This document shows, in pieces, positions 35,852-45,285 of a DNA stretch of 64,000 bases; position 1 is the stretch's first letter; each line of letters starts with the position of its first letter. The notes under the pieces were generated by a model, which saw only the letters and a program-made list of their open reading frames with translations, was not told the DNA's origin and did not search any database. The DNA lies in assembly GCA_041652575.1 (NCBI GenBank), contig JBAZHC010000006.1, forward strand, positions 79,963-143,962. The letters are read 5' to 3'. This stretch comes from Phycisphaerae bacterium (GTDB taxonomy: Bacteria > Planctomycetota > Phycisphaerae > Sedimentisphaerales > UBA12454). A program made the translations under genes and the position numbers.

Positions 35852-36640
35852 ATGACCGAAGACTCGAAAAAACAGGACCAGCTCCTTGAAACAACGGACT
35901 GCCTGGAGGCTATCGGAACGCTCAAGAGCTTTAAGAACCTTTTCTTCTTTATATGCCTGCTCTGTTTGCTTTTGCTGCAGGGGTCTTTTTGGTTTATGTT
36001 TACAGACCATGTAAATACCGAACCAAACAAGCCGGCGGCAGTTTCGAGTCGGCCCGCAGAGAATGTGACGGTCTCCGCTCCGATTGTTCAGCCTAAGCTT
36101 ACCGGCGCCGAGGCGGTTTCAGCCAATTCAATCGCGCCGATTTCGGCAAACTCCGTCGAGCCTAACAAGCCAAAGTCCGACCCGAATGTCGTCTGGCACA
36201 AATACACCGACCAGCTCTCTCACGCCAAAATCAAATTCAGTCAGCTTGCCTGGATAATCAGAATCTGCAATTATGTGCTTATCGTCTGTTCGGTTGTTTA
36301 TTCGATGAGCCTGCTGTTCGGACTGATGATATCGCTCATCGGCAGACTTGGCGGCATAAGCCACGTAACAAAGGCTTTTTTCATTTCACTTTTCGTGATT
36401 GTCCTGCTGATGCCATGGCAGTTATTGTTTAAGAACGTCGGCATCGGCGCGATTTTCAAACCTGCCGAACTTCTCGCAGCCTGGCAGATTTATACGGACG
36501 CCAATTTCTTCGCGAGAACATTCATATATCTTCGATATGTAGGCCTTCCCGTCGTCGTGATTCTGCTTCTCGTCTGGGCACAGCTAAAGAGTATGCGATG
36601 GTCGAAGAATACACTTAAACGCCTCGGCATCGTCGGGTAA
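35852..36640 (+). CDS. membrane protein, unknown function
   Basis: 262 aa. One N-terminal and several C-terminal hydrophobic helices with a low-complexity linker. Confidence 0.55.
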   Translation: MTEDSKKQDQLLETTDCLEAIGTLKSFKNLFFFICLLCLLLLQGSFWFMFTDHVNTEPNKPAAVSSRPAENVTVSAPIVQPKLTGAEAVSANSIAPISANSVEPNKPKSDPNVVWHKYTDQLSHAKIKFSQLAWIIRICNYVLIVCSVVYSMSLLFGLMISLIGRLGGISHVTKAFFISLFVIVLLMPWQLLFKNVGIGAIFKPAELLAAWQIYTDANFFARTFIYLRYVGLPVVVILLLVWAQLKSMRWSKNTLKRLGIVG

Positions 36641-36728
36641 TAAAAACCACGAAGAACACGAAGTAAAATTAAGTTAAATAAAAATACTTCGTGGCCTTTA
36701 TTATCTTCGTGAAATAAAAGGATTTTGA
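36641..36728. repeat. 'cacgaag' repeat module, left flank of the GxxExxY gene
   Basis: accacgaagaacacgaag ... cttcgtgg ... cttcgtg, with internal inverted symmetry. Confidence 0.6.
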
Positions 36729-37100
36729 ATGGAATTTGATTCCTTATCAAAAAAACTGATTGGATGCGCCATTGAGGTACATAAAAAATTAGGGCCGGGA
36801 TTACTCGAATCAACTTATGAAAAATGTCTTTCTTATGAACTTACGAATGCTGGAATAAAACATAATGTTCAAAAGGAAGTACCGGTTGAATATAAAGGTG
36901 TAGTGCTCGAATGTGGTTATCGAATAGACCTGCTTGTTGAGAACAATATAATTGTCGAACTTAAAAGCGTAGATAAAGTTTTACCAATTCACGAAGCACA
37001 ACTTCTTACTTATATGAAACTTACCGGCATTAAAATAGGTTTACTTATAAACTTTAATGTCAAAAGATTAAAAGATGGTATAAAGAGATTTGTATTATAA
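36729..37100 (+). CDS. GxxExxY family protein (PD-(D/E)XK-like)
   Basis: 123 aa. [13 protein letters not shown] (GxxExxY), then [14 protein letters not shown] (D..ExK). Confidence 0.85.
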   Translation: MEFDSLSKKLIGCAIEVHKKLGPGLLESTYEKCLSYELTNAGIKHNVQKEVPVEYKGVVLECGYRIDLLVENNIIVELKSVDKVLPIHEAQLLTYMKLTGIKIGLLINFNVKRLKDGIKRFVL

Positions 37101-37176
37101 AAAATTATTGAAGAACAACGAAGGATATGAAATAAAAACAATATCTTCTTTTTCTTCGTGAGTTTCGTGGTGCAAA
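37101..37176. repeat. 'cacgaag' repeat module, right flank of the GxxExxY gene
   Basis: gaagaacaacgaagg ... cttcgtgagtttcgtggtg. Confidence 0.6.
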
Positions 37177-38070
37177 ATGACTCAATTTCGTATTGCCTTT
37201 ATCGGCATCGGCATAATGGGCAAACCAATGGCTCTCAATCTGCTTAAGGCAGGTTTTGCGCTTACAGTTCATGCACGTACAAAGTCAAAAGCCGACGAGG
37301 TTATAAAAGCCGGTGCCCTCTGGGCTGATACTCCGGCAGAAGCGGCAAAAGATAAAGATATAGTTATAACCTGCGTTACCGACACGCCTGATGTAAGAGA
37401 GGTTTTGCTCGGCAAAAACGGCGTAATCGAATCATCGCATTCCGGCCTTATCTGCATCGATATGTCAACTATTTCTCCCGACCAGACGCAGGAAATGGCA
37501 AAGACGCTTGCCGAAAAAGATGTTGTTCTTATCGACGCCCCCATCAGCGGCGGTCAGATTGGCGCCATAGAAGCCAAACTTTCAATAATGGCCGGCGGGC
37601 CAAAGGAATCTTTCGAGAAAGTAAAGCCTGTATTCGAAGCGATGGGCAGAACTATTACATATTGCGGCCCTTCCGGCTTCGGCCAGATAACGAAACTTGT
37701 CAACCAGGTTATGGTAGTTCATACGATTATGAGCACCGCCGAGGGTCTGGCTTTCGCTCAGCAGGCAGGACTCAATCTTCAGACTACGCTCGATGCTACC
37801 GTTGCCGGCGCCGCGGGCAGTCATTCATTGAAAGTGCTCGGCCCGAAGATTATCGCGGGAGATTTCAAGCCGACGTTTATGGTGGATTTGCAGGTGAAGG
37901 ATTTGAGACTGGTTCTCGAATACGCCGACAAAATTAATCAGCCGCTGCCGGGAGTCGCGCTTATAAAAGAATTGTTCAGCGTTTTACAGTCACAGGGCAG
38001 AGGCAAAGATGGAACGCAGGCTTTGTTCGATGTGATTAGACAAATGGCCGGGAAAAAAGTATCGGGGTAG
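37177..38070 (+). CDS. NAD(P)-dependent 3-hydroxyisobutyrate / 2-hydroxy-3-oxopropionate reductase family dehydrogenase
   Basis: 297 aa. IAFIGIGIMGKPMA Rossmann fold and the conserved DAPISGG block. Confidence 0.85.
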   Translation: MTQFRIAFIGIGIMGKPMALNLLKAGFALTVHARTKSKADEVIKAGALWADTPAEAAKDKDIVITCVTDTPDVREVLLGKNGVIESSHSGLICIDMSTISPDQTQEMAKTLAEKDVVLIDAPISGGQIGAIEAKLSIMAGGPKESFEKVKPVFEAMGRTITYCGPSGFGQITKLVNQVMVVHTIMSTAEGLAFAQQAGLNLQTTLDATVAGAAGSHSLKVLGPKIIAGDFKPTFMVDLQVKDLRLVLEYADKINQPLPGVALIKELFSVLQSQGRGKDGTQALFDVIRQMAGKKVSG

Positions 38071-38085
38071 AAATCTATACGAGGT

Positions 38086-38634
38086 TTACAGTTGCCAGCC
38101 GGCCGGATAACTGACGCTGGTCGGCTCAATATTGAATTTTCTGCCGAGGGCATCTATCAGTTCCTGTGTCCGGCTTACCTGGTAATCCGACGCCGGGGTT
38201 CTTTTCCCTTCGCCTACCACGCAGATACGGATTGTTGAGCCGCTGCCATACCATGCTTTGCCCTGCAGGGCCGACCATTGATTGAGCCATTTTACCGTGG
38301 ATTGTATCTGGCCGTCGAGGTTGAGGCTACTGCAGACAAGGAAATGGAAATTAAGGTCTTCCGGACTGGTCAGGCCGTTCAGGGACGCGAGCTGGTCGAG
38401 GTCGCCACCTTTGGTATTACTGTAGAATACTTCTATTTTGTCCCACCTGTCGGCGTTTGTCGCCTGACGGGTCTCGATAACGGAAGAAATCGAACCGAGC
38501 GAGGAGTAACTCGCCAGGCTGAACGCCCCTGCCGATATCGACTGACTGCTCAATGCCATCAACAGCGCCGCTCCGACGGTCATCGAAACCACAAGGCATA
38601 TTAAGATCTTCGCTTCGCGAGGCTGACTGGGCAT
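38086..38634 (-). CDS. membrane-anchored protein with a possible amidase_2/PGRP-like domain
   Basis: 182 aa. N-terminal TM, then FHFLV...DGQIQ...IRICVVGEG..T..Q...L pattern. The functional call is weak. Confidence 0.45.
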   Translation of the reverse strand: MPSQPREAKILICLVVSMTVGAALLMALSSQSISAGAFSLASYSSLGSISSVIETRQATNADRWDKIEVFYSNTKGGDLDQLASLNGLTSPEDLNFHFLVCSSLNLDGQIQSTVKWLNQWSALQGKAWYGSGSTIRICVVGEGKRTPASDYQVSRTQELIDALGRKFNIEPTSVSYPAGWQL

Positions 38635-38964
38635 GTTTTTAATCCGTTAAATATTGTTTTTAGGACCTTCCATTGGCTACGCCGCCAATATAATTGCTAT
38701 CGGCCAATTCGTAAAGTTTTTATAAGGAATTTTTGAAAAAAATTAAAAAAGATTTTCACTTAAATCTTATGGGATGTTTCTTTCCTGTTTTGTTTTGGTA
38801 ATAACCCGAATTGCCGCTGCCAATCGGGATTTTATTGAAGTGGCAAACTGTGAAATTCTGTCCCCTATCCTCTTCTTTGCTAACGATTGTTCTGTTACTT
38901 TTTAGAATTGGGACTCAGACGCCAGTTTCGAGTGAGAATCAGCCTGATTTTCCGGTCGAACCGG

Positions 38965-39774
38965 CTAATCATTTATGAGACTACAGGCTACGAGGCAAAA
39001 TCTTACAACTGGCTTCGGTTTGGCCGAGCAGAATATCATTTCACCTGTTAGAGGCAGGCCTTGCTGCGGAAAATGAGCCGTATCCGGCGCTATGCAGACA
39101 AATTGTCCCGGCCGAATAGGTACGTTCATGGCAATTTCATCGAAAACAAACTCCCAGCCGGAGTTTCCCTGTTCTTTTCCGTTACTATCCGGTGCTGCGA
39201 TGGTCTTATAAACAGGTATAATATTGAGTCCGCAGACTTGCTTAAGACCGATAAGTGATTTCACGTTTATGCGCAAAGCGACAGTTCCGGCCGGCAGACC
39301 TATCCCTGCGGAAATATCCTTGCCTGAACGGCAGCAGATGGCCCCGGGTTCCTGAAAATCGATAATTGCAACGTCGTTGTCTATGTTTTCGTTTACATAA
39401 AGACTTATTCTTTTGGTTATTTTCACCTGTGCTTTGGACAGAACCTGTGAAAATTTCACCCAGTCGATTCTATTTCCCCCGCCGCCGATAAGTCCGTTAT
39501 TCAAAAAACTTCCGGAATTTTTATATTTGACAGGCAAATCGTTCAAATCACCTATCGCATTCAACACCGATGGATACTTTCCCTTGTCGAATTCAAATAC
39601 ATAAATATACAGGCCAATAATAGAACTCTTTTTGTCCCCATAACTATCCTCCGGCAGAAGGTCTCCGGCCTGAGCTTTTGTCCAGGGTCTTTTCCAGTTT
39701 TGTTTTTCGGTGCAGCCCGACACAAGCATCGCAAGGAATAACAGTACGGAACAGTATCTCAGAGTTTTCTTCAT
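38965..39774 (-). CDS. lipoprotein, unknown function
   Basis: 269 aa. Signal peptide with lipobox LVSGC. Confidence 0.6.
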   Translation of the reverse strand: MKKTLRYCSVLLFLAMLVSGCTEKQNWKRPWTKAQAGDLLPEDSYGDKKSSIIGLYIYVFEFDKGKYPSVLNAIGDLNDLPVKYKNSGSFLNNGLIGGGGNRIDWVKFSQVLSKAQVKITKRISLYVNENIDNDVAIIDFQEPGAICCRSGKDISAGIGLPAGTVALRINVKSLIGLKQVCGLNIIPVYKTIAAPDSNGKEQGNSGWEFVFDEIAMNVPIRPGQFVCIAPDTAHFPQQGLPLTGEMIFCSAKPKPVVRFCLVACSLIND

Positions 39775-39838
39775 AGACGCTGATACTAATGCGGCGGCTT
39801 TGAGATGTCAACGACCCCGATTGAATTAGAGATATGAA

Positions 39839-40186
39839 CTAAAGATTAAACTGCGGCCGGGTGCAGAATTGAAAGGCTATCTGTTTTTTGCCGGCCTTTT
39901 GGTCAGATTCCATAATTCTTACGACCTTTGCGTACGCCGAAACCTTGCCGCCAATCTGGTCGGCCCTGTCAGCTACAGGTATGTCCAGCTCAATATCGAA
40001 AAGGTCGCCGGTATCAGTAACAGAGGTTTGGCTGCTTTCGACAAGAAGACCGTCAGGGCTTATATTAATGCTGTCGCCGACAAAGGCATGGTCGTGCATA
40101 GAGCCGATTTTGCGACACAATATCCCCGTCCTGACAAGCAGGCGCCGATGCCTCCTTCTTTCGTTTTCTCCTCCCATTACCTCCAT
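39839..40186 (-). CDS. PilZ-domain protein (c-di-GMP receptor candidate)
   Basis: 115 aa. RRHRRLLVRT (RxxxR) and DSINISPDGLLV (DxSxxG). Confidence 0.7.
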   Translation of the reverse strand: MEVMGGENERRRHRRLLVRTGILCRKIGSMHDHAFVGDSINISPDGLLVESSQTSVTDTGDLFDIELDIPVADRADQIGGKVSAYAKVVRIMESDQKAGKKQIAFQFCTRPQFNL

Positions 40187-40490
40187 GTCCTAAACAAATT
40201 AGTTAAAAAAATGTTAAATATTTATGCCATTATAGGACTATTGCAAATAATATACCAAAGAGGCTATCTCGAAAACAACCTATCTTAACTTATTTAACTA
40301 CTGTAAAAACATAGGCTTATAGGAGATTGGTGGTTAATTTTAAACCTGACAGGTTGTGAACTTAGTAAATATTGTTTAAAAACTACAACAAATCGCATTT
40401 TGAACAGGCCGCAATAGCAATGGAAGTACCAAATTAAAGCTCAGGTTGTGTCTCTTTGGCGGCATTGTTGTTTTTTTGCAACATAAAAGG

Positions 40491-40520
40491 TTGACAAATA
40501 TCGCCAATACTTCTTATAAT
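40491..40520 (+). promoter_or_regulatory. near-consensus sigma-70 promoter TTGACA-N18-TATAAT, 8 nt before the kinase ATG
   Basis: Read directly. No SD between the -10 and the ATG, so a leaderless mRNA is implied. Confidence 0.45.
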
Positions 40521-40528
40521 ATTGAAGT

Positions 40529-41626
40529 ATGTCCAATAACGCTCAACAAAACGTTCCAACCAAAGAGGTTAAAAAAACCGCGAAGGCGGATTTTGCTCCC
40601 GCCGTTTTGCAGTCGCTGCCTCTTGGCGTTATCGTATTTGACAAAGAGCTTAAGATATTAAGCGCAAATCCGGGCGTATCTGCCCTTATAGACGTAAAAG
40701 CTGCCGCCGATGTTACACTCGCGGCGGGAACAAATGAAAAAATCTGGGGAAACTGGCAAAAAATTCTTCTTGAAGTCGTGGAGACCGGCAAAATCTGCCG
40801 TTTCGATAATGTCAGCTACCGTACGGCAAATAAACTATCGGCTTTACAGATAACTTCCGCACCGCTGACGGACAAACCAGGCGGCACGATACAGGGCGGA
40901 CTGCTTTTGCTGGAGGATGTAACCGAAAAAGCAAACGCGCTCAAGCAGATGGCAACCACGGAACGGTTTGCAGCTATGGGAAAACTGGCGAGCAAGGTCG
41001 CGCACGAGCTTAACAATCCTATAGACGGCATAATGAGGTATATCAATCTGGCGAAAAGAACTATCGGCGAAGCGGGCCTGTCGAAACCGGTTGAGTATCT
41101 CGAACACGCAAGCAACGGGCTTAAAAGAATGATTCAGATTATCACCGAACTGCTCGAATTCTCACGCAGCAGGTATTCAGCTCTTGAGGATACGCCTATT
41201 GATAAAATTATCGATGATGCCATCAGGTTCGTTGAGCCGGCGGCAAAGGCGGCGGAGATAAAAATCGAGCGGCAATATTCCGCGGGTCTGCCAAAGGCAA
41301 GAAGCGGAAACCTGTTCCAGGTGTTTTGCAACCTGCTGAAAAACGCCATTGAGGCAATGCCTGACGGCGGGACAGTAAGTATAGGATGCAGCGTTTCGGA
41401 AGATAATGTCGCGTTAATAAGTTTTAAGGATACAGGTGCAGGCTTCAGGCCGGAAGACGGCGAAGCTATCTTTGAACCGTTCTTCACGACAAAAACAGGC
41501 AAAGGCACGGGCCTGGGCCTTGCCATCTGCAGGGATATAATTGAAAAGTACGGCGGAAAAATTACCGCCCAAAACGCTCCGGACACCGGCAGTGTCTTTA
41601 CGGTCTATCTGCCTTTAAACGAGTAA
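40529..41626 (+). CDS. PAS-containing sensor histidine kinase
   Basis: 365 aa. H-box VAHELNNPIDGI, N-box LLKNAIEAM, G1 DTGAGF, G2 GKGTGLGL. Confidence 0.88.
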   Translation: MSNNAQQNVPTKEVKKTAKADFAPAVLQSLPLGVIVFDKELKILSANPGVSALIDVKAAADVTLAAGTNEKIWGNWQKILLEVVETGKICRFDNVSYRTANKLSALQITSAPLTDKPGGTIQGGLLLLEDVTEKANALKQMATTERFAAMGKLASKVAHELNNPIDGIMRYINLAKRTIGEAGLSKPVEYLEHASNGLKRMIQIITELLEFSRSRYSALEDTPIDKIIDDAIRFVEPAAKAAEIKIERQYSAGLPKARSGNLFQVFCNLLKNAIEAMPDGGTVSIGCSVSEDNVALISFKDTGAGFRPEDGEAIFEPFFTTKTGKGTGLGLAICRDIIEKYGGKITAQNAPDTGSVFTVYLPLNE

Positions 41627-41634
41627 ATAAAAAA

Positions 41635-41667
41635 ATCCGAATATCGAAATCCGAAACAAATTCAAAT
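41635..41667. repeat. left 33-bp inverted repeat of the four-helix-bundle cassette
   Basis: atccgaatatcgaaatccgaaacaaattcaaat. Its reverse complement at 42914-42946 has one mismatch. Confidence 0.85.
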
Positions 41668-42022
41668 GACAAAAATGGAAAATTCAAAACTATACGATTT
41701 GGAAGAACGGACATTCAAGTTCGCAAGACAGGTTAGAGAGTTTGTTTATAAATTAAACAAAAATCTTATAACCATAGAAGACTGCAAACAAGTAGTCAGG
41801 TATTCCGGCTCGGTCGGTGCAAACTATATTGAAGCAAACGAAGCTTTGAGTAAAAAAGACTTTGTGATGAGAATTAAAATTTGCAGGAAAGAGGCTAAAG
41901 AAAGTGGTTATTGGTTAAAACTTATAAATAGCCCGGAATTACAGAATGAAAAACTAGATTTGGAAAGGGAAGCAGTAGAGCTCACCAACATTTTTGGAGC
42001 AATATTACGTAAAAGTGAATAA
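41666..42022 (+). CDS. four-helix-bundle protein (23S rRNA intervening-sequence protein family)
   Basis: 118 aa. QVVRYSGSVGANYIEANEA and ICRKEAKESGYWLKLI are family hallmarks. Confidence 0.85.
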   Translation: MTKMENSKLYDLEERTFKFARQVREFVYKLNKNLITIEDCKQVVRYSGSVGANYIEANEALSKKDFVMRIKICRKEAKESGYWLKLINSPELQNEKLDLEREAVELTNIFGAILRKSE

Positions 42023-42039
42023 TGTCGAGATAAAGCTGT

Positions 42040-42483
42040 ATGATAAACAAAAATAAATCGGAAAGATTTTTTGAGAGATACTTGAATTCAAATGGATTCA
42101 AAGGCAAATGGACGTATGAGCCTTTAATCTCAGGAAAAAGCAAAAAACCAGATTATTTATTGGACTACAATGGGCAGGAGTGCTTTTTTGAAGTTAAGGA
42201 ATTAAGAAAAAAGAATAATGAGCCCACTAAGTGGCCGGCTTTTATTGATCCATATATAAGCTTGCGTACTGAAATACATGACGCAAAAAAACAGTTTAAG
42301 GAATTTAAAAAATATAGCTGTTCGCTTGTTATTTTTAATGTTAATGATAGACAGGCAAGGCTTATGCCTTTAGATGTATTGGGTGCAATGTTGGGAAACT
42401 TGGGCGTTGAGATGGACTTTGATGCAACTAAAGGAAAGCAATCAAAGGAACAGAAAGAAGTACCTTTCTCAGCGGCGGCATAA
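42040..42483 (+). CDS. hypothetical protein with a possible PD-(D/E)XK core
   Basis: 147 aa. KPDYLL...CFFEVKE resembles a D...ExK nuclease motif. Weak. Confidence 0.5.
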   Translation: MINKNKSERFFERYLNSNGFKGKWTYEPLISGKSKKPDYLLDYNGQECFFEVKELRKKNNEPTKWPAFIDPYISLRTEIHDAKKQFKEFKKYSCSLVIFNVNDRQARLMPLDVLGAMLGNLGVEMDFDATKGKQSKEQKEVPFSAAA

Positions 42484-42830
42484 TGGGAAAACAGAAGAAC
42501 ACAACTATAAATGCTATTATTATTTTGGAGAAATTCCTTGATAATCTCGAATTAGAAAAAGCCATGTGGGAAAGAAAAAAGAAACAAAAGATTGAGCTTG
42601 CTATAGCAGAGTTGCTTGAGCAGAGAATGGAACTTCAAAAACATTATAAGTTACAGATGGTATTGAGGGTTGTTGTAATCGAAAATCCATTTGCGAGAAT
42701 TCCATTATTCGCCGATATATTCGGGGGATACTTCGATGAACGGTGGCAGTTTATAAATGGTAATTGTAAAAGGATTTTTGCTGGAGATAAATTGAAAGAA
42801 CTGGAAGCTCTTAAAGGGAAATCGGTATGA
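42483..42830 (+). CDS. hypothetical protein, translationally coupled (TAATG) to the preceding ORF
   Basis: 115 aa. No recognisable motif. Confidence 0.45.
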   Translation: MGKQKNTTINAIIILEKFLDNLELEKAMWERKKKQKIELAIAELLEQRMELQKHYKLQMVLRVVVIENPFARIPLFADIFGGYFDERWQFINGNCKRIFAGDKLKELEALKGKSV

Positions 42831-42913
42831 TTGCAGGTTTTTCCGCCAAGAACAGGCTTTGGATTATTCCAGAAAAGTAATAGAAAAGAAGTTTGGTAAT
42901 TTGATATTTGAGA

Positions 42914-42946
42914 ATTTGGATTTGTTTCGGATTTCGATATTCGGAT
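42914..42946. repeat. right 33-bp inverted repeat of the four-helix-bundle cassette
   Basis: atttggatttgtttcggatttcgatattcggat, followed by an extra ttcggattt unit. Confidence 0.85.
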
Positions 42947-42979
42947 TTCGGATTTATTTATAATATTTGAAAGTTACTT

Positions 42980-44368
42980 ATGAAGCAAAGCAGTATTTTA
43001 GTAGTTGACGACGATAAGATAATCCTCGATTCACTGTGCGAATTTCTGAAACTCGAAGGCTATAACGCCGTCGGCGCCGAATCCTGCAAACAGGCCACGA
43101 GCATGGCGCAGAAACAGAAATTTTCGCTTGTTATCACCGATGTCAATCTGCCGGACGGCAGCGGCTTCGAACTGCTGAGCCTGATTAAAAAAAATTATCC
43201 GCAGACCGTGGTAATTATCATCACCGGCTACGGCACAATTGAAAGCGCCGTCGAAGCAATCAAAATAGGAGCCTATGATTATCTCACAAAGCCTATTGTC
43301 GATGACGAACTGCGATTGACGATTGAACGGGCATTAAAACAACAGTCGCTCATCAGCGAAAACGAAAATCTGAAAAATCAGCTCGAGAACAAATTCAGTC
43401 TCGAAAATATAATCAGCCAGGATTACAAAATGGCGAAAATCTTCGACCTTGTCGAAGCCGTCGCAGACAGCCGGTCCAACATTCTTATGACAGGCCCCAG
43501 CGGCACGGGAAAAACAATGCTCGCAAGGGCGATTCATTATCGCTCGGGCAGAAAGAACCAGCCTTTCGTCGAGGTAAGCTGCGGCGCTCTGCCGGAAACC
43601 CTGCTCGAAAGCGAATTGTTCGGACACGTCAGGGGTTCTTTTACAGGCGCCATCAGCGACAAGCAGGGAAAATTCCTTGCCGCTGACGGTGGTACGATTT
43701 TTCTCGATGAAATATCGAGCGCTTCCCCCGCGCTGCAGGTTAAACTTCTGCGCGTTATCCAGGAAAGACAATTCGAGCCTGTCGGCAGCAATAAAACCAT
43801 CACTGTCGATACGCGGGTAATTGTCGCCTCGAACAAAAATATGACCGAAGAAGTAAAGCTCGGCAACTTCAGGGAGGATTTATATTACAGGCTCAATGTG
43901 ATATCGATAAATCTTCCCGCTCTTAACGAAAGGCCGGCCGATATACCGCTTCTCGCCGAATATTTTATGAAAAACTTCTGCATGTCGCATAATCGCATAA
44001 AATTGGGAATTACGGACCGGGCGATGGATGCCATGCAGAGATATAACTGGCCGGGCAATGTGCGCGAACTTGAAAACGTACTCGAAAGAGCTGTTCTCCT
44101 GAGCAAGACGGACCATATCACCCTTGAGGACCTGCCGGTTAATATAACCTCTCACACGCCCCAGCACGAGCCGGCGGACTATAAGAAGATAAGTTTAAAG
44201 AACGCGATTGCCGAACCTGAAAGAAGAATTATCAGGGCGGCGCTGGAAACAAATAACTGGAACAGGCAGCAAACCGCTGAAGCGCTGAAAATCAACAGAA
44301 CCACGCTTTATAAAAAGATGAAAAAATACGGCCTCGAAGACGAAGCTGAAAGACTGGGAATCAGATAA
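42980..44368 (+). CDS. sigma-54-dependent response regulator (NtrC family)
   Basis: 462 aa. REC domain ([12 protein letters not shown]), AAA+ Walker [15 protein letters not shown] sigma-54 contact loop, C-terminal Fis-type HTH. Confidence 0.92.
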   Translation: MKQSSILVVDDDKIILDSLCEFLKLEGYNAVGAESCKQATSMAQKQKFSLVITDVNLPDGSGFELLSLIKKNYPQTVVIIITGYGTIESAVEAIKIGAYDYLTKPIVDDELRLTIERALKQQSLISENENLKNQLENKFSLENIISQDYKMAKIFDLVEAVADSRSNILMTGPSGTGKTMLARAIHYRSGRKNQPFVEVSCGALPETLLESELFGHVRGSFTGAISDKQGKFLAADGGTIFLDEISSASPALQVKLLRVIQERQFEPVGSNKTITVDTRVIVASNKNMTEEVKLGNFREDLYYRLNVISINLPALNERPADIPLLAEYFMKNFCMSHNRIKLGITDRAMDAMQRYNWPGNVRELENVLERAVLLSKTDHITLEDLPVNITSHTPQHEPADYKKISLKNAIAEPERRIIRAALETNNWNRQQTAEALKINRTTLYKKMKKYGLEDEAERLGIR

Positions 44369-44374
44369 AATAAA

Positions 44375-44456
44375 CAGTTCCTGGAACCTTTATATTATTT
44401 TAAACATCATAAACATTTGCAAAATAACGAGTTAAAAAGGTGTCAGGAACCTTTAT
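44375..44456. repeat. two REP copies (aaaggtgtcaggaaccttt type) on the 3' side of the RAYT gene
   Basis: cagttcctggaacctttat (44375-44393) and ttaaaaaggtgtcaggaacctttat (44432-44456). The latter supplies the RAYT C-terminus and stop. Confidence 0.75.
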
Positions 44457-45135
44457 TGCTTTTCTTGTATCCTACAGGCCTGCCGCGTGTTTTTAAAGTT
44501 GAATCCAAACCAAGCGACGAAGCTGTCTTCATCATCCAATCAATTTCCCCAAATGGCCGATTTCGTGCGATACATTTTCCCAAATCAGTTACTTCCTTTT
44601 CATTCAGTTCCTGATTTACCAATGTTTGCCAATTTTTCGGCATATCCACAGGCCATTGAGTAAGAAGAGTTCCGCTGTTAATGTCTTTATTCTGGCGATG
44701 CCACATTGCAGACCATCTCCATTCCTGAGCCTTTTCGACTAGTCCGGCATTTAAGGCATTGCGTTCAACATACCTGCAAAGAGTTAAAAAATGCGAATCC
44801 TCCTGTACAGGAAAAGCCTTGAAACGCCCCTGGTAAAGATGACCAGACCCTATAGTTCTATGGTTTGCATGCCATCTCTGGGCGTGAGTCAAAGTGAGCC
44901 AGCCGACAAATTGTGAAAGTTCATTATCTTCTTCCGGCCATAAAACCAAGTGCCAGTGATTTGGCATTATGCAATAAGTGCACAACCGCATATTAAATTT
45001 CCCGCAGGCCTGAAACAAGATGTTTTCGAAACAGGAATAATCCTTATCTTCGGAAAATATTTGGACATGCGCGTTAGCTCTGTTGAAAACATGATATGCG
45101 TAGCCGCCTGGTATTATTCTTAACGGTCTTCCCAT
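44443..45135 (-). CDS. REP-associated tyrosine transposase (IS200/Y1 family, RAYT)
   Basis: 230 aa. YHVFNRA and CIMPNHWHLVLWP (HUH region), with the later Tyr-containing helix. Confidence 0.85.
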   Translation of the reverse strand: MGRPLRIIPGGYAYHVFNRANAHVQIFSEDKDYSCFENILFQACGKFNMRLCTYCIMPNHWHLVLWPEEDNELSQFVGWLTLTHAQRWHANHRTIGSGHLYQGRFKAFPVQEDSHFLTLCRYVERNALNAGLVEKAQEWRWSAMWHRQNKDINSGTLLTQWPVDMPKNWQTLVNQELNEKEVTDLGKCIARNRPFGEIDWMMKTASSLGLDSTLKTRGRPVGYKKSNKGS

Positions 45136-45172
45136 AGCGAACCATTTTATAAAGCTTTTCTACCTTGTCAAT

Positions 45173-45258
45173 ATAAAGGTGTCTGGAACCATTTAACTAT
45201 TTTTGCCTCTGTAACTACCTATAAACAATGAAATTAAAAAGGTGTCAGGAACCTTTTT
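45173..45258. repeat. two REP copies on the 5' side of the RAYT gene
   Basis: ataaaggtgtctggaaccattta (45173-45195) and ttaaaaaggtgtcaggaaccttttt (45234-45258). Confidence 0.75.
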
Positions 45259-45285
45259 AGGAAAAAAGCAATTAAAAACTCTTTA

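Noticed and set aside
42040-42830. The 147-aa and 115-aa ORFs as two halves of one frameshifted gene
   Set aside because: The junction is a clean TAATG stop/start overlap typical of translational coupling, and the second ORF starts with its own Met. No evidence of a disrupted domain spanning the junction.
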